From Paracoccaceae bacterium (GTDB lineage: Bacteria > Pseudomonadota > Alphaproteobacteria > Rhodobacterales > Rhodobacteraceae): 64,000 bases of DNA. Position 1 is the stretch's first letter. The number at the start of each line of letters is the position of its first letter. The notes under the pieces are model-generated. The model was not told where the DNA came from, made no database searches, and saw only the letters and a list, made by a program, of their open reading frames with translations. Both the position numbers and the translations under genes were made by a program. This document shows positions 1 to 11,840 of the stretch, in pieces. The stretch spans positions 787,116-851,115 of the forward strand of contig OZ242030.1 of NCBI GenBank assembly GCA_965205055.1, written 5' to 3'.

Positions 1-53
1 TTAGAGAGGACGGCATCCTGCACGTAGCGTATGCAGTTGCGTCGCGTTTTGTT

Positions 54-314
54 TTGCTCAATGAAAGATCGATTACTGGTGGCGCGTTGGAAGTTACCAT
101 TGAAAGCTGCGTCGACGGGAAAGAATTGACGGATAACGAAGTAACTGAACTTGCTGTGGACTTTGAAAGTAAGCTTCGAGATAATGGATTTATTTGGAGC
201 CCGATTGGAAAGGAACGTTGTTGCTGTGAGCCCGGAATTCCGAGCCTGATGAATTACATATTGGAATGGAAAGATGATCGTGATCGTGAACTTGCGCGAA
301 TCCGCGGATCCTGA
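54..314 (+). CDS. hypothetical protein (orphan, TTG start)
   Basis: 86-aa ORF from the track with no recognisable motif. It lies in a visibly AT-richer segment beside an IS remnant and may be spurious. Confidence 0.2.
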   Translation: MLNERSITGGALEVTIESCVDGKELTDNEVTELAVDFESKLRDNGFIWSPIGKERCCCEPGIPSLMNYILEWKDDRDRELARIRGS

Positions 315-459
315 CTTCAACACTTTATTTCGATCACCACTTGTTTCAGATGTTTACACCTAAATTTTGGTCACTACATCCGGCTGTGTTCTAGCGGCTG
401 GTCTTAATCTTTTGATGCCCTATTTGGAGGGAGGGGCCGAAGCGCTCCGAGTTAGCCGT

Positions 460-640
460 TCAGTTGAGAGGCTTTGCCTCCTTTTCGTTGTGCAACTCTA
501 TGAACTCCCGAATCGACCTTTTGAGATCCTCGATGGACTCGCAGATGCCGCGCCGGAATCGGCGGCAAGTCAATTTCCGGAAAGGCCCTTGGCGGCATTC
601 ATCTGGAAGCAGAAGGTCGGCGTGTAGTGGAAGGTTCATC
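460..640 (-). pseudogene. IS630-family transposase, C-terminal fragment
   Basis: Minus-strand translation ...FRKLTCRRFRRGICESIEDLKRSIREFIELHNEKEAKPL resembles the conserved C-terminal tail of IS630-type transposases (..RG.F.S...L..AI..FI..HN...KPF). No upstream catalytic part is present. Confidence 0.45.
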
Positions 641-843
641 GGCGAAGACCCGTCAGTTTTTGGACTGGGGCCTGTTGCTGTTCCGAACGCCCAGCTGGAT
701 CGAATGAGGTCGCCGAAAGAAACTTGGAACACAGCGCGATGTAGTGCCTAAATTTAGGCGAAAACACATAAAACAAGTGTTTGTCGAAATAGAATGTCGA
801 AGTCAGGCGTGCGCGTATAATCTCAGTTGTCTGTATCCATCGA

Positions 844-1257
844 TCAGGCTGATTCGCCCTCGGATTTGATCCCGAAAGATTCTTCCAGTCCGGTTGCGAT
901 TTCCTCGGCAAAATCAGCCAATTCCGTCAAGTTCGCATAATCCTCGTCCGGAATTTCCTTGTCTTCAGACTCGCGGATCGCTGCATCCTGCTTCGATTCG
1001 ACCGAGCTGCGCGGAGCATCCAATTGGCCTTTGGCTTCTTCGGCTTGGCGCTCAAGATTGCGAATTTGATCCGCGAAACTCAGTGCGCACATGATCAGCA
1101 GATGGGGAATTCCGATATCTTCCTGGTCCACCCATCTTTGCATCTCATGGTTCAGCATGTCGCGTGCAGTGACCGTCGCTTCGTGCTCGTCGTCGGTGCA
1201 GGCGATGTCGTACTGGCGCCCCCTTACCGATACCGGAATTTCAGGCATTTTCTTCAT
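844..1257 (-). CDS. zapA: cell division protein ZapA
   Basis: MKKMPEIPVSVRGRQYDIACTDDEHEATV... is a ZapA-type N-terminus, followed by an acidic coiled-coil tail. ATG at 1257 (alternative 1248) is preferred over the longer ORF-track start at 1320. Confidence 0.85.
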   Translation of the reverse strand: MKKMPEIPVSVRGRQYDIACTDDEHEATVTARDMLNHEMQRWVDQEDIGIPHLLIMCALSFADQIRNLERQAEEAKGQLDAPRSSVESKQDAAIRESEDKEIPDEDYANLTELADFAEEIATGLEESFGIKSEGESA

Positions 1258-1717
1258 CCGTTGCCAGCAGCGACTCCAAGTCGGACAGGATTCCGTCCAG
1301 TTCCGAAACTCCTTCGGCACGCTGCTCGATTATTGAATCCAATTTGGACCGCAATTCCGCGACCGCGTTCGAATCGCTGGATTCCGCTGTCTCGCGAGCC
1401 TGCTTCAGATCTTCAAGTTTGGCTTTCAACTGAGCATTGTCCGAAAGAGCGTTTTCCAGCAAGCCCTCCAATTCTCCGATTCGTGTGTTCGCCGCTTCAA
1501 GCTCAGCGGTCCCGGTCTCCGCCTCCGGTTCGCGACCTGCGGTCGCGTCGTTCAGTTCGACGTCTGCCGAATCAGGCTCTTGGATTTCCGGATCATCAAT
1601 TTTGCCATAGCTGAATGAAATTGAACTTTCAGACTGGAGTTTTCCGTAGCAGACCTCGATTCGCTCAAGCGCTGACGCGATGCGCCGGGCCTGCTCTGCA
1701 GCACCTTCTTCCGTCAC
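1241..1717 (-). CDS. coiled-coil protein upstream of zapA (DUF4164/ZauP-like)
   Basis: 158-aa acidic coiled-coil ORF that overlaps the zapA start. Position and composition match the partner gene usually found upstream of zapA in alphaproteobacteria (from memory). Confidence 0.65.
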   Translation of the reverse strand: MTEEGAAEQARRIASALERIEVCYGKLQSESSISFSYGKIDDPEIQEPDSADVELNDATAGREPEAETGTAELEAANTRIGELEGLLENALSDNAQLKAKLEDLKQARETAESSDSNAVAELRSKLDSIIEQRAEGVSELDGILSDLESLLATDEENA

Positions 1718-1899
1718 TGATGGTTATCCCGCAATTGTTCGGATATATTCTTTTCGCAACATAACCCGTCCAACGCAATGTATTCGCGAGATACATTGTT
1801 CTCAACTGTATTGTGGACTTGATTTCGCGAATTGTTCCGATATGCGCTGCCGCAGAATTCGAGGTGCGGCTCGCGGGCCGGCGAATCACAGAGGTGCCG

Positions 1900-3918
1900 A
1901 TGGAAATCACTGCACTGCGCAAGCGTCATCCGGTTCACTGGCGAAACGCGTGCGCGCTCAGGGCTCTGGCCATGGACGCGGTGCAGAGCGCGAATTCAGG
2001 CCACCCCGGAATGCCGATGGGCATGGCCGACGTCATGACTGTGCTTTTTCATAACCACCTGAAATACGATGCGTCGTGCCCGACCTGGCCCGACAGGGAT
2101 CGGTTCGTCCTGTCGGCTGGCCACGGCTCGATGCTATTGTACGCAGCCCTTTGCCTGTCTGGATACAAAAACTGCGGCATGGACCAAATCAAGCGCTTTC
2201 GCAAGCTGCATTCCGTCGCGGCCGGGCATCCCGAAATCATGCCCGAAGCCGGGATCGAGACGACCACCGGCCCGCTTGGCCAAGGTTTGGCGAATGCCGT
2301 CGGCCTAGCCATCGCGGAAGAATCGCTCCGCGCCCGCTTCGGGAATAAGCTGGTCGACCACATGACCTATGCAATCGTCGGCGACGGCTGCCTTATGGAA
2401 GGAATCAGCCAAGAGGCGATCAGCCTTGCAGGAATGCAGAAGCTTTCAAAGCTCGTCGTGCTGTGGGACGACAACGGCATATCGATCGACGGCGACATTT
2501 CGAAGAGCGACGCCACCGAGCAGATCGCTCGATTCAACGCGTCCGGCTGGACGTGCCTTTTGTGCGACGGGCACGATCCGGAGCAGATTGACGACGCCTT
2601 GCAGGATGCGAAAGCCAGCCCCTATCCCGCGTTAATCGCCTGCAAGACTAGAATTGGATTCGGCTCCCCCAAGAAAGAAGGCACCGCTTCGGCGCACGGT
2701 TCTCCGCTCGGCGACGATGAGATCGCGGCAGTTCGTGACATCTACGATTGGCCGCATCCAGCTTTCGAAATTCCGGCGGAGGTATCAGAGGCTTGGGCAA
2801 AGGCGGGCTCTCGCGGCGCAATGCTTCGCGAAGAATGGGAGCATCGCCGCGACTCGGTGTCATCCAGACGCAGAGAGCAGTTCGACAGGATGCTCCGGGA
2901 TGATCGTCCTTACAGGCTGAAGGCCGCGTTCAACAAACTGAAGCGCAACGCATCAAAGGAGCAGCCCAAGCTTGCCACCCGCAAATGCTCGGAAGAAGTG
3001 CTCAAAGCAATAAACCCGATCCTGCCTGAAATGATCGGCGGTTCCGCGGACCTGACAGGTTCGAACAACACCAAGACTGCCGACTTGGGAGAATTCAGCC
3101 CGCAGTTTCGCAGCGGACGATACATCCATTATGGAATCCGCGAACACGCCATGGCAGGCGCCATGAACGGCATGGCCCTTCACGGAGGCATTCGCCCTTA
3201 CGGGGGGACATTTCTATGCTTCAGCGACTATGCTCGCGGGGCGATGCGCTTGTCCGCATTGATGGGTCTGCCGGCAATTTACATAATGACGCATGATTCG
3301 ATCGGACTGGGCGAAGACGGACCTACGCATCAGCCGGTCGAGCATCTGGCGATGCTTCGCGCGACGCCGAACATGCGTGTCTTCAGACCCTGCGACGCTG
3401 TTGAGACCGCCGAAGCTTGGCAATGCGCGCTGGCATCGCGGAAGACCCCGTCCGTCATTGCGCTTACGAGGCAAAGCTTGCCGACTTTGCGAGTTCAGAA
3501 CAGCAAGGACAACAAGTCCTCGAACGGCGCCTATATTTTGCGGAGATCTGCAGCGCGGACGCAGGTAAATCTGTTGGCTACCGGATCCGAGACCGCGATC
3601 GCGATTGCAGCGAGGGATTTGCTGGAAGCAAAAGGCATCGGCACGAGAGTCGTTTCCATGCCGTGCTGGGAGCTTTTTGAAGCAAAGGATGAAAGCTACA
3701 GAAAGCGAGTTCTGCCCAAAGGCCCAATCAGAATTGGCATTGAGGCGGCATCTCGCCTTGGCTGGGACAGATGGCTCTGCGGAGAGCGCGGGTCAGAACG
3801 CAAAGCGGCCTTCATCGGAATGGACGGATTTGGAGCGTCGGCCCCTGGCAACGACCTGTTTGAACACTTCGGCATAACAGCGAATGCTGTGGCCGAAAAA
3901 GCCGAATCAATGCTGTAA
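1900..3918 (+). CDS. tkt: transketolase
   Basis: MEITALRK...[19 protein letters not shown] motif; 672 aa from ATG 1900. The ORF-track start at 1813 adds a non-homologous extension. Confidence 0.95.
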   Translation: MEITALRKRHPVHWRNACALRALAMDAVQSANSGHPGMPMGMADVMTVLFHNHLKYDASCPTWPDRDRFVLSAGHGSMLLYAALCLSGYKNCGMDQIKRFRKLHSVAAGHPEIMPEAGIETTTGPLGQGLANAVGLAIAEESLRARFGNKLVDHMTYAIVGDGCLMEGISQEAISLAGMQKLSKLVVLWDDNGISIDGDISKSDATEQIARFNASGWTCLLCDGHDPEQIDDALQDAKASPYPALIACKTRIGFGSPKKEGTASAHGSPLGDDEIAAVRDIYDWPHPAFEIPAEVSEAWAKAGSRGAMLREEWEHRRDSVSSRRREQFDRMLRDDRPYRLKAAFNKLKRNASKEQPKLATRKCSEEVLKAINPILPEMIGGSADLTGSNNTKTADLGEFSPQFRSGRYIHYGIREHAMAGAMNGMALHGGIRPYGGTFLCFSDYARGAMRLSALMGLPAIYIMTHDSIGLGEDGPTHQPVEHLAMLRATPNMRVFRPCDAVETAEAWQCALASRKTPSVIALTRQSLPTLRVQNSKDNKSSNGAYILRRSAARTQVNLLATGSETAIAIAARDLLEAKGIGTRVVSMPCWELFEAKDESYRKRVLPKGPIRIGIEAASRLGWDRWLCGERGSERKAAFIGMDGFGASAPGNDLFEHFGITANAVAEKAESML

Positions 3919-4084
3919 ATTGCGCCCGTCACGGTTGGAAAAGAACCGAGAAATCCCGTCATATCGGATGAAATCGGCTTCATGCAGGTGTTCGGTGCAC
4001 AAGCGGCAAGTGCTCCAAGGCATCCTTTAGGCCGGAATTGTCCCAACTCTTCGAAATTTCGTTGAAACCAATTTGGAGAAAAAA

Positions 4085-5083
4085 ATGACTGCAAAGGTTG
4101 CGATCAACGGCTTCGGCCGGATCGGAAGGCTTGTTCTGCGCGCAATAATCGAGTCCGGAAGGTCGGATATTCAGGTTGTCGCCGTCAACGACCTGGCCCC
4201 TGTGGAACAATTGGCCCACCTGCTTCAGTTTGATTCCGTGCACGGCAGGTTTCCGGGAAAAGTGGGATTCGGCGAAGCAACTATCGACGCGGGGCGCGGA
4301 CCCATCCGGGTGACCGGAATGCGCAATCCGGAAGAACTTCCTTGGGGCGATGTCGATGTCGCTTTGGAGTGCACTGGGCTATTCGCGTCGCGCGAGAAGG
4401 CGGCAAGACACTTGGACAACGGTTCAAAGCGGGTTTTGGTGTCCGCACCCGCTTCCGGCTCGGACAAGACAGTTGTCTATGGCGTGAATCATGAGACGAT
4501 GGAAAGCAGCGACCAGGTGATTTCGAATGCCTCGTGCACGACGAACTGCCTTTCTCCCGTGGCGATGGTGTTGAACGAGGCCGTCGGGATTCGCCGCGGA
4601 TTCATGACGACCATCCACAGCTACACCGGCGACCAGCCGACGCTCGATGCCATTCACAAAGATCTCTACCGTGCGAGAGCCGCCTCGGTGTCGATGATTC
4701 CAACATCGACGGGCGCTGCGCGAGCCGTCGGCTTGGTGCTGCCGGAGCTCGCAGGTCGGCTGGACGGCGTGGCCATTCGAGTTCCCACGCCGAACGTGTC
4801 GGTTGTCGACCTGAACTTTGAAGCCAGCCGGGAAACGACCGTCGAAGAAATCAACGAGGCGGTCATCAGCGCTTCCAAGGGCAAGTTGAAGGGCATTTTG
4901 GGATATACCGACCGACCCAATGTTTCGGCCGATTTCAATCATGATTCGCGTTCGTCGATTTTCCATCTGGATCAAACCAAAGTGATGGACGGCACCTTTT
5001 GCCGCGTCCTTTCCTGGTACGACAATGAGTGGGGCTTCTCCAACAGAATGGCGGATGTGGCCGTTGCGGTAAGCCAGCTTTGA
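4085..5083 (+). CDS. gap: glyceraldehyde-3-phosphate dehydrogenase
   Basis: KVAINGFGRIGRL and the SNASCTTNCL active site. ATG 4085 is preceded by GGAGA. Confidence 0.95.
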   Translation: MTAKVAINGFGRIGRLVLRAIIESGRSDIQVVAVNDLAPVEQLAHLLQFDSVHGRFPGKVGFGEATIDAGRGPIRVTGMRNPEELPWGDVDVALECTGLFASREKAARHLDNGSKRVLVSAPASGSDKTVVYGVNHETMESSDQVISNASCTTNCLSPVAMVLNEAVGIRRGFMTTIHSYTGDQPTLDAIHKDLYRARAASVSMIPTSTGAARAVGLVLPELAGRLDGVAIRVPTPNVSVVDLNFEASRETTVEEINEAVISASKGKLKGILGYTDRPNVSADFNHDSRSSIFHLDQTKVMDGTFCRVLSWYDNEWGFSNRMADVAVAVSQL

Positions 5084-5145
5084 TGCCGTCGACAAACGGT
5101 TCGCAAACGAATTTGAATTCGCCGAGGAGCAGCCGCGAGCGAAGC

Positions 5146-6336
5146 ATGGCTTGGAATTCGCTGGACGACATCGACGTTGCAGGCAAACGCGTGCTTGTGC
5201 GCGTCGATTACAACGTGCCGATGAAGGATGGACGCGTAGCCGACGCGACGCGGATCGTTCGATCGGCGCGCACGATCAACGAGATTCTGGACAAGGGCGG
5301 CATTCCAATCTTGCTCTCCCATCTGGGACGTCCGAACGGCGCCGCCAATCCGAAATTTTCGTTGAAACAGGTTGTTTCATCGGTGGAGGAGCATCTTGAA
5401 CGGCGGGTGAAATTCTGTGAATCAACGGTTGGGCCGCGGGCGGAATCTTTCAGCAGGAGCCAGTCGGCAGGCGAAATCTTGCTGATGGAAAATGTCAGAT
5501 TCTGCCCAGAAGAAACTGAAAACGAAGAACATTTTGTCCGCCAGCTTGCCAAGCTCGGGGATGTTTACTGCAATGACGCGTTTTCCGTCTCGCATCGGGC
5601 GCATGCATCGACTGCCGGATTGGCCTCGGTGCTTCCGAATTGCGCGGGGCGGCTGATGGCAGAGGAGCTCGACGCTCTTGCGAACGCATTGGAGCGCCCG
5701 TCCCCGCCCGTCGCAGCCCTTGTGGGGGGCGCGAAAATTTCAACCAAGCTGGAAGTCCTTTCAAACCTGATTCGCAAGGTGGACCACCTCGTGATTGGCG
5801 GCGGGATGTCGAATACCTTCTATCTGTCGCAAGGATTCTGCGTGGGCAGATCGCTTGCCGAGCCCGCCATGATCGCGACCGCGGCGGAAATCATGGCGGA
5901 AGCCGGCAAGCATGGCTGCGAGATCGTGCTGCCCGATCAAGTCGTCGTCGCAGACGGCCTGGAGCCCGATGCGAATTGGCGCGAGACCGGCCCGCAGGAC
6001 TGCCGGAGCCACGAAATGATTTTGGACTGCGGGCCGGTATCGGCCGCGCGGATCGCCGCGCTGTTCCGGACATGCCGCACATTGATCTGGAATGGACCGC
6101 TGGGCGCTTTCGAGACGAAGCCTTTCGACAATGGAACAAATCTGCTTGCAAGGGCAGCGGCCGAATTGACTGAAAGCGGATCGCTGATTTCAGTCGCCGG
6201 GGGCGGCGACACGGTTGCAGCGTTGAACACTGCCGGCGCCGCGAACCAATTCACCCATTTGTCCACTGCCGGCGGCGCTTTTCTTGAATGGCTTGAAGGA
6301 AAGGCGCTTCCGGGAATTGAGGCGCTTCGCCATTGA
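5146..6336 (+). CDS. pgk: phosphoglycerate kinase
   Basis: KRVLVRVDYNVPM and GGGDT motifs; 396 aa from ATG 5146. Confidence 0.95.
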   Translation: MAWNSLDDIDVAGKRVLVRVDYNVPMKDGRVADATRIVRSARTINEILDKGGIPILLSHLGRPNGAANPKFSLKQVVSSVEEHLERRVKFCESTVGPRAESFSRSQSAGEILLMENVRFCPEETENEEHFVRQLAKLGDVYCNDAFSVSHRAHASTAGLASVLPNCAGRLMAEELDALANALERPSPPVAALVGGAKISTKLEVLSNLIRKVDHLVIGGGMSNTFYLSQGFCVGRSLAEPAMIATAAEIMAEAGKHGCEIVLPDQVVVADGLEPDANWRETGPQDCRSHEMILDCGPVSAARIAALFRTCRTLIWNGPLGAFETKPFDNGTNLLARAAAELTESGSLISVAGGGDTVAALNTAGAANQFTHLSTAGGAFLEWLEGKALPGIEALRH

Positions 6337-6512
6337 GGCCGACTTGGCCATACTCCGCCGGTTTGCCCAAGGCTGGCGAATCGCAAATATGTCGCGGAGC
6401 ATGCTCCTGCGGCAGCCGAACGCTCAATGTCGAATTGGCTGTACCATCGGGTAATATCGTGTAAAATCTCCGGAAGCCGGTTCGCTTCCGATGCTGGAAA
6501 GGTTTTGAATCA

Positions 6513-7439
6513 ATGAAGATCACTGACGCGGCAAAGGGAATTCTTGCCAACTACGCGGGGGATTCGCCGGGCGTAAGGGCCAATCTGGTTCGCATCTTGA
6601 TGCATGGCGCCTTGTCCGGAACCGGCAAACTGATCATCCTGCCTGTTGACCAAGGGTTTGAGCACGGGCCGGACCGGAGCTTTCTGGTGAATGAACCCGC
6701 CTACGACCCGCACTATCACTTCGAGTTGGCAATTGAGGCAGGGCTCAGCGCCTACGCGGCTCCCCTTGGAATGATCGAATGCGGCGCCGACCGCTTCGCA
6801 GGCCAAATCCCGACGATACTGAAGGTCAACTCTTCGAATTCGCTGCTGCCCGGCGGCATGGCGAACGATCAGGCAATAACCGCGTCCGTCGATGATGCGC
6901 TGCGCCTGGGCTGTTCCGCGATCGGCTTCACGGTCTATCCGGGCTCATCGCAGTCAATGGAAATGTTCGAAGAGATCGCCGAGATTCGCGCCGAGGCGTC
7001 GGCGCACGGTCTGGCAACGGTCATTTGGTCGTACCCGCGCGGAGAAGACCTTGCCGGAAAAGCTCAGACTGCATTGGATGTAAGCGCGTACGCTGCCCAC
7101 ATTGCCGCGCTCTTGGGCGCGCACATCATCAAGATAAAGTTGCCCGAGTCTGATCTCCACATGCCCGAGACCAAGGAAAGATTGAGCGGCCAATCCGATT
7201 TGCATGACCGCTCGCGACGGGTCGCGCACTGCATGAGGGCGGCGTTCAATGGACGCCGAATTGTGGTTTTTTCGGGAGGCTCCGCGAAGACGTCCGATCA
7301 AGTTTTCGACGATGCGCAAGCAATCAGGGATGGCGGCGGCCACGGCTCAATCATCGGCAGAAATACCTTCCAGCGGCCCCGGGCGGATGCTTTGGAGATG
7401 CTGAGGAAGCTCGTCGACATCTACAGAAACGGGCAATGA
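6513..7439 (+). CDS. class I fructose-bisphosphate aldolase (DhnA/FbaB type)
   Basis: KLIILPVDQGFEHGP and HIIKIKLP motifs; it follows tkt-gap-pgk. Confidence 0.85.
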   Translation: MKITDAAKGILANYAGDSPGVRANLVRILMHGALSGTGKLIILPVDQGFEHGPDRSFLVNEPAYDPHYHFELAIEAGLSAYAAPLGMIECGADRFAGQIPTILKVNSSNSLLPGGMANDQAITASVDDALRLGCSAIGFTVYPGSSQSMEMFEEIAEIRAEASAHGLATVIWSYPRGEDLAGKAQTALDVSAYAAHIAALLGAHIIKIKLPESDLHMPETKERLSGQSDLHDRSRRVAHCMRAAFNGRRIVVFSGGSAKTSDQVFDDAQAIRDGGGHGSIIGRNTFQRPRADALEMLRKLVDIYRNGQ

Positions 7440-7626
7440 AATAACGAGATCCGCAACGAATTCTCGGTTCCGCAACACCTTGATGGCTGGCAATTGTGCC
7501 ACATTGGCGCAATTTTGCGGCGCAATTCCGGCTGCAGCCTGAATTTCATTGGCAAAACGCGGCGAGTACGCAAGAAATGCCGTCGACGCCGAACAATACG
7601 GCGCGAAAGATAAGTCAGAGCAGTAA

Positions 7627-7929
7627 ATGGCAAAGCTAGCACAGCGCCCATTCTATCGAGATCTAGGCATTTTCTCTCTATTCGTTCTGGCCCACATTTA
7701 CCTCGCGTTCACTGCGCTTCAGGGCAATCAAGGCCTTTTCGCGCGAATCCAGATCGAAGAGCAGATTTCCGAGCTTCGGACCGAGCTGGACGAGATTGAT
7801 TCCCAGATTGCCGTCATGGAAAACAAGACCAAGAGACTTTCGGATGACTTCCTTGACTTGGAGCTCTTGGATGAGTTGGCGCGCGAAAGACTCGGGTATG
7901 TCCATCCGAATGACAGAATCATCAACTGA
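7627..7929 (+). CDS. ftsB: septum formation initiator FtsB/DivIC family
   Basis: 100 aa with an N-terminal TM and coiled coil, ending ...ARERLGYVHPNDRII. It sits upstream of pdhA, as is typical for alphaproteobacteria. Confidence 0.85.
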   Translation: MAKLAQRPFYRDLGIFSLFVLAHIYLAFTALQGNQGLFARIQIEEQISELRTELDEIDSQIAVMENKTKRLSDDFLDLELLDELARERLGYVHPNDRIIN

Positions 7930-8312
7930 GCGCTGATCGTAGAAATTCCTTGCGGTCAGCGGTTTCCGTGCGCGTCGCAATCGTGATGATTCGACCGCTC
8001 TTGCGAGCAGGCGTCCTCGGATTTCCCGTGCCGGCGCAGCATGGCCGGTCTTTGTTCCCGGCCCTCGCCGACTTCTTCGCCTCCGACCCCGGCAACTTCC
8101 TTGACGCAAGAGAAATTTGCGCGTTCGACCGCTTTTTTTGATCCGCGCGACAAGTGATTCGCTGAATCTTGTTGAGGCGACGGCGGGCCTCTTGAGGAGA
8201 GCCGTCAACCGTCATTGCCTTCGGTGTTCAATTCGCTGGAAAGTTTCGGCTTCGGATTATATAACGGCGCGAATTCTTGAATGCGAAATTCGGTTTGCTG
8301 GCGGAAAATTCG

Positions 8313-9317
8313 ATGGCGCGCAAAAGCCCACCTCAAAAGCAAGATGCGTCAAAGAAGGAGCTGCTTGATCTATACAAGCAGATGCTGCTCATCCGCCGCT
8401 TCGAGGAAAAGGCCGGCCAGTTGTACGGAATGGGCCTGATCGGAGGCTTCTGCCACTTGTACATCGGTCAGGAAGCCGTCGTTGTAGGATTGGAGGCCGC
8501 AGCCGGAAAAGACGACAAAAGGATAACGGCTTACAGGGATCACGGCCACATGCTGGCCTGCGGAATGGATCCGAAAGGCGTGATGGCGGAATTGACGGGC
8601 CGAAGCGGCGGATATTCGCGCGGAAAAGGCGGGTCCATGCATATGTTCAGCAAGGAAAAGCAGTTCTACGGCGGGCACGGCATTGTCGGCGCCCAAGTGC
8701 CGCTGGGAGCGGGCCTCGCGTTCGCCGACAGGTACCAAGGAAACCGAAACGTAACGTTCACCTATTTCGGCGACGGAGCGGCGAACCAGGGACAGGTTTA
8801 CGAGACGTTCAATATGGCGAGCCTATGGAAGCTGCCTGTGATCTTCGTGATCGAAAACAACCAGTACGCGATGGGCACCTCCGTGGAACGTTCGTCTTCA
8901 ACCCCTGAATTGCATACGCGCGGCAAAGCGTTCGACATTCCGGGCGAGAGCGTCGACGGGATGGACGTGCTGCTGGTCAAGGCGGCCGGCCAAAAAGCGG
9001 TTGATCACTGCAGAAGCGGAGCCGGTCCTTACATTCTTGAAATGCATACCTACAGATATCGGGGCCATTCAATGTCCGATCCCGCCAAGTACCGGACCCG
9101 AGAAGAGGTGCAGAGCGTACGCGAGGAACGGGACCCTATTTCCAATCTCAGGAATTTGCTTGTCGAAAAAGTGCGGATGTCGGAAGCCCAGCTGAAAGCG
9201 GTCGACGCTGAAACCAAATCCATCGTCAACGACGCTGCGGAATTTGCGCGGAACAGCCCCGAGCCGGATTTGTCGGAACTTTGGACCGATGTCCACGCGC
9301 CGGCCGACTTCAAATAG
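8313..9317 (+). CDS. pdhA: pyruvate dehydrogenase E1 alpha subunit
   Basis: YFGDGAANQGQ TPP motif and YRYRGHSMSDP loop; ATG 8313. Confidence 0.95.
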   Translation: MARKSPPQKQDASKKELLDLYKQMLLIRRFEEKAGQLYGMGLIGGFCHLYIGQEAVVVGLEAAAGKDDKRITAYRDHGHMLACGMDPKGVMAELTGRSGGYSRGKGGSMHMFSKEKQFYGGHGIVGAQVPLGAGLAFADRYQGNRNVTFTYFGDGAANQGQVYETFNMASLWKLPVIFVIENNQYAMGTSVERSSSTPELHTRGKAFDIPGESVDGMDVLLVKAAGQKAVDHCRSGAGPYILEMHTYRYRGHSMSDPAKYRTREEVQSVREERDPISNLRNLLVEKVRMSEAQLKAVDAETKSIVNDAAEFARNSPEPDLSELWTDVHAPADFK

Positions 9318-9476
9318 TGTGGCTGCCGCTTTGGCGCGTTTGCCCAATGAAGCGAGGCGTTGCCGAACTTCCTTGGTCGTATATGAATATCCAAAGCAAG
9401 CCGCGCGGACGAATCATAGCGATGCCGCGGCAGAATCCAGAACCAGGAACTCGCATTCCAGCCGGGGCATGAAGTA

Positions 9477-10472
9477 GTGGGAAATATCTCAAGCACGACA
9501 AAGACCGTCCGCGAGGCGATCCGCGACGCGATCGCCGAGGAAATGCGGCGTGACGAGTCCGTATTCCTGATGGGCGAGGAAGTCGCCGAATATCAAGGGG
9601 CGTACAAGGTCTCGCAAGGGCTCCTTGACGAGTTCGGTTCCCGGCGGGTCATTGATACGCCGATTACCGAGCACGGTTTCACAGGCCTCGGGGTCGGCGC
9701 GGCATTGGCCGGATTGCGGCCGGTCGTCGAGTTCATGACTTTCAACTTCTCGATGCAAGCAATTGATCAAATTGTAAATTCCGCGTCCAAGACGCTCTAC
9801 ATGTCCGGGGGGCAAATAGCGTGCCCGATTGTATTCCGCGGCCCGAACGGCGCTGCCGCGCGGGTTGCCGCGCAACACAGCCAGGACTATGCCGCATGGT
9901 ATGCCCACTGCCCCGGCTTGAAAGTCGTCCAGCCATATGCGGCGGCGGACGCGAAAGGGCTCTTGAAGTCCGCCATTCGAGACCCGAATCCCGTTGTGTT
10001 CCTGGAGAATGAGATTCTCTACGGCCGCAGTTTCGAGGTGCCGACCGACGAAGATCATGTCGTTCCTATCGGCGAGGCCGCGATTGCAAGAGAAGGAACC
10101 GACGTGACGATCGTCTCGTTCGGAATTGGAATGGAGCACGCCTTGGCGGCAGCCGATGCTTTGGCGGACGAAGGAATCAGCCCGGAAGTCGTCGACCTTA
10201 GAACGCTAAGACCTATGGACACCGGCACGGTTGTGAATTCTGTAAAGAAAACCAACAGGTGCGTGACCGTTGAAGAGGGCTGGCCGGTCTGTTCCATCGG
10301 CGCCCAGATCAGCGCCGTGCTTATGCGCGAAGCATTCGACTGGCTGGACGCTCCGGTTCTGAACTGCGCGGGCGCGGATGTGCCGATGCCGTACGCGGCG
10401 AATCTCGAAAAGCAAGCTCTCGTTACGCCGGACCAGATCGTCGAGGCCGCTCGGTCGGTCGCATACCGGTAG
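9477..10472 (+). CDS. pdhB: pyruvate dehydrogenase E1 beta subunit
   Basis: [17 protein letters not shown]...IDTPITE motifs. The GTG start is uncertain by a few codons. Confidence 0.9.
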   Translation: MGNISSTTKTVREAIRDAIAEEMRRDESVFLMGEEVAEYQGAYKVSQGLLDEFGSRRVIDTPITEHGFTGLGVGAALAGLRPVVEFMTFNFSMQAIDQIVNSASKTLYMSGGQIACPIVFRGPNGAAARVAAQHSQDYAAWYAHCPGLKVVQPYAAADAKGLLKSAIRDPNPVVFLENEILYGRSFEVPTDEDHVVPIGEAAIAREGTDVTIVSFGIGMEHALAAADALADEGISPEVVDLRTLRPMDTGTVVNSVKKTNRCVTVEEGWPVCSIGAQISAVLMREAFDWLDAPVLNCAGADVPMPYAANLEKQALVTPDQIVEAARSVAYR

Positions 10473-10483
10473 AGGAGACACCC

Positions 10484-11749
10484 ATGCCGACAATGCTTCT
10501 CATGCCAGCTCTCTCGCCAACCATGGAGGAAGGGACGTTGGCGAAATGGCTCGTGAGCGAAGGAGACGCCGTAAGCTCCGGCGACCTGCTTGCGGAGATC
10601 GAGACGGACAAGGCAGTCATGGAGTTCGAATCTGCCGACGACGGGATTGTCGGGAAAATTCTGGTTCCTGAAGGTTCGCAAGGAGTCGCGGTAAACCAGC
10701 CGATTGCGATCCTGGTGGAGGATGCTTCGGAAGTAGGCAAGGTTTCTCTCCCTGACGAGGCGCAGGCTGTCGGCGCCGGGCCGAAAAAAGAAACCGAAGC
10801 CGTCGCGGAGAAAGATTCTGAACCGGCGCCGGACAAGCAAGCGGCGCAACCGAGGGAAGATGCGCCGGCGCGGATATTCGCTTCTCCTGTGGCGAAGCGG
10901 ATCGCGCAGTCAAAAGGTTTGGAGCTTTCATCGATCTCCGGATCGGGCCCGCACGGGCGCATTGTGAAGGCCGACGTCGAGAATTTTGAGGCGTCCGCGC
11001 CTGCTGTTTCCGCCGCGCCGTCTCCCGGTTTTGAAGCGTTGATCGGACAATATGAAGCCCGCGAGCACGAGGTGATACAGCTTGACGGCATGCGTCGCAC
11101 CATCGCCGCGCGCCTTACCGAGTCGAAGCAGACCATCCCCCATTTCTACTTGCGGCGCGATATTCGAATCGACAAATTGTTGGCTGTTCGATCTGAGTTG
11201 AACGCCGCTTTGGCCGTTCGCGATATGAAGATTTCCGTCAACGACTTCATCATCAAAGCCGCCGCCATGGCGCTTCAATCGGTCCCCGAAGCGAACTCGA
11301 TCTGGGCGGCGGACAGAGTCTTGAAGTTCAAATCTTCGGACGTCGCGGTTGCAGTGGCGGTGGATGGCGGTTTGTTCACGCCTGTCCTATTCGATGCCGA
11401 TACGAAGTCGCTGTCCCAGCTCTCGTCGGAGATGAAGGATCTCGCCGAACGCGCCCGCAGCCGTTCGTTGAAGCCGAACGAATATCAAGGCGGCAGTTTC
11501 GCGATTTCGAACCTGGGGATGTACGGCATCGACAGCTTCGACGCTGTGATCAACCCTCCGCACGGATCCATTCTTGCGGTCGGAGCCGGCGCCAAGCGGC
11601 CTGTGGCGGGCGACGACGGCATAGAAATTGCGACGGTAATGTCAGCGACGCTGTCCGTGGATCATCGCGTGATCGACGGCGCCCTCGGAGCTCGCCTGCT
11701 GGCGTCAATTTTGGAAAATCTGGAAAATCCGTTGCGGATGCTGCTGTAA
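10484..11749 (+). CDS. pdhC: dihydrolipoamide acetyltransferase E2
   Basis: Lipoyl domain [14 protein letters not shown]...EIETDKA and catalytic [10 protein letters not shown]. Confidence 0.95.
   Translation: MPTMLLMPALSPTMEEGTLAKWLVSEGDAVSSGDLLAEIETDKAVMEFESADDGIVGKILVPEGSQGVAVNQPIAILVEDASEVGKVSLPDEAQAVGAGPKKETEAVAEKDSEPAPDKQAAQPREDAPARIFASPVAKRIAQSKGLELSSISGSGPHGRIVKADVENFEASAPAVSAAPSPGFEALIGQYEAREHEVIQLDGMRRTIAARLTESKQTIPHFYLRRDIRIDKLLAVRSELNAALAVRDMKISVNDFIIKAAAMALQSVPEANSIWAADRVLKFKSSDVAVAVAVDGGLFTPVLFDADTKSLSQLSSEMKDLAERARSRSLKPNEYQGGSFAISNLGMYGIDSFDAVINPPHGSILAVGAGAKRPVAGDDGIEIATVMSATLSVDHRVIDGALGARLLASILENLENPLRMLL
11624..11749 (+). repeat. direct repeat copy 1 (native 3' end of pdhC)
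   Basis: 126 nt aligns without gaps to 12732-12857, about 106/126 identical by hand alignment. Confidence 0.85.
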
Positions 11750-11840
11750 CGTCCTCGGACGGAAGCATTCGCGATCTGTCTACCACTGTCGAATGCGCGC
11801 TTCGAGAGAGACAGCATCATGACTCCGCGAATGAGCGGCC

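Noticed and set aside
640-843. Possible 6S RNA (ssrS) downstream of zapA, as in the conserved zapA-ssrS-ygfA arrangement
   Set aside because: The minus-strand sequence is AT-rich and shows no long closing stem or central-bubble architecture that I can fold by eye. The region is followed by an IS630 fragment, so the ancestral neighbourhood is probably disrupted. A covariance-model search would be needed to be sure.
9318-9476. 160-bp gap between pdhA and pdhB as a possible hidden element
   Set aside because: No repeat, hairpin or ORF could be supported. The pdhB start may simply lie further upstream than GTG 9477.
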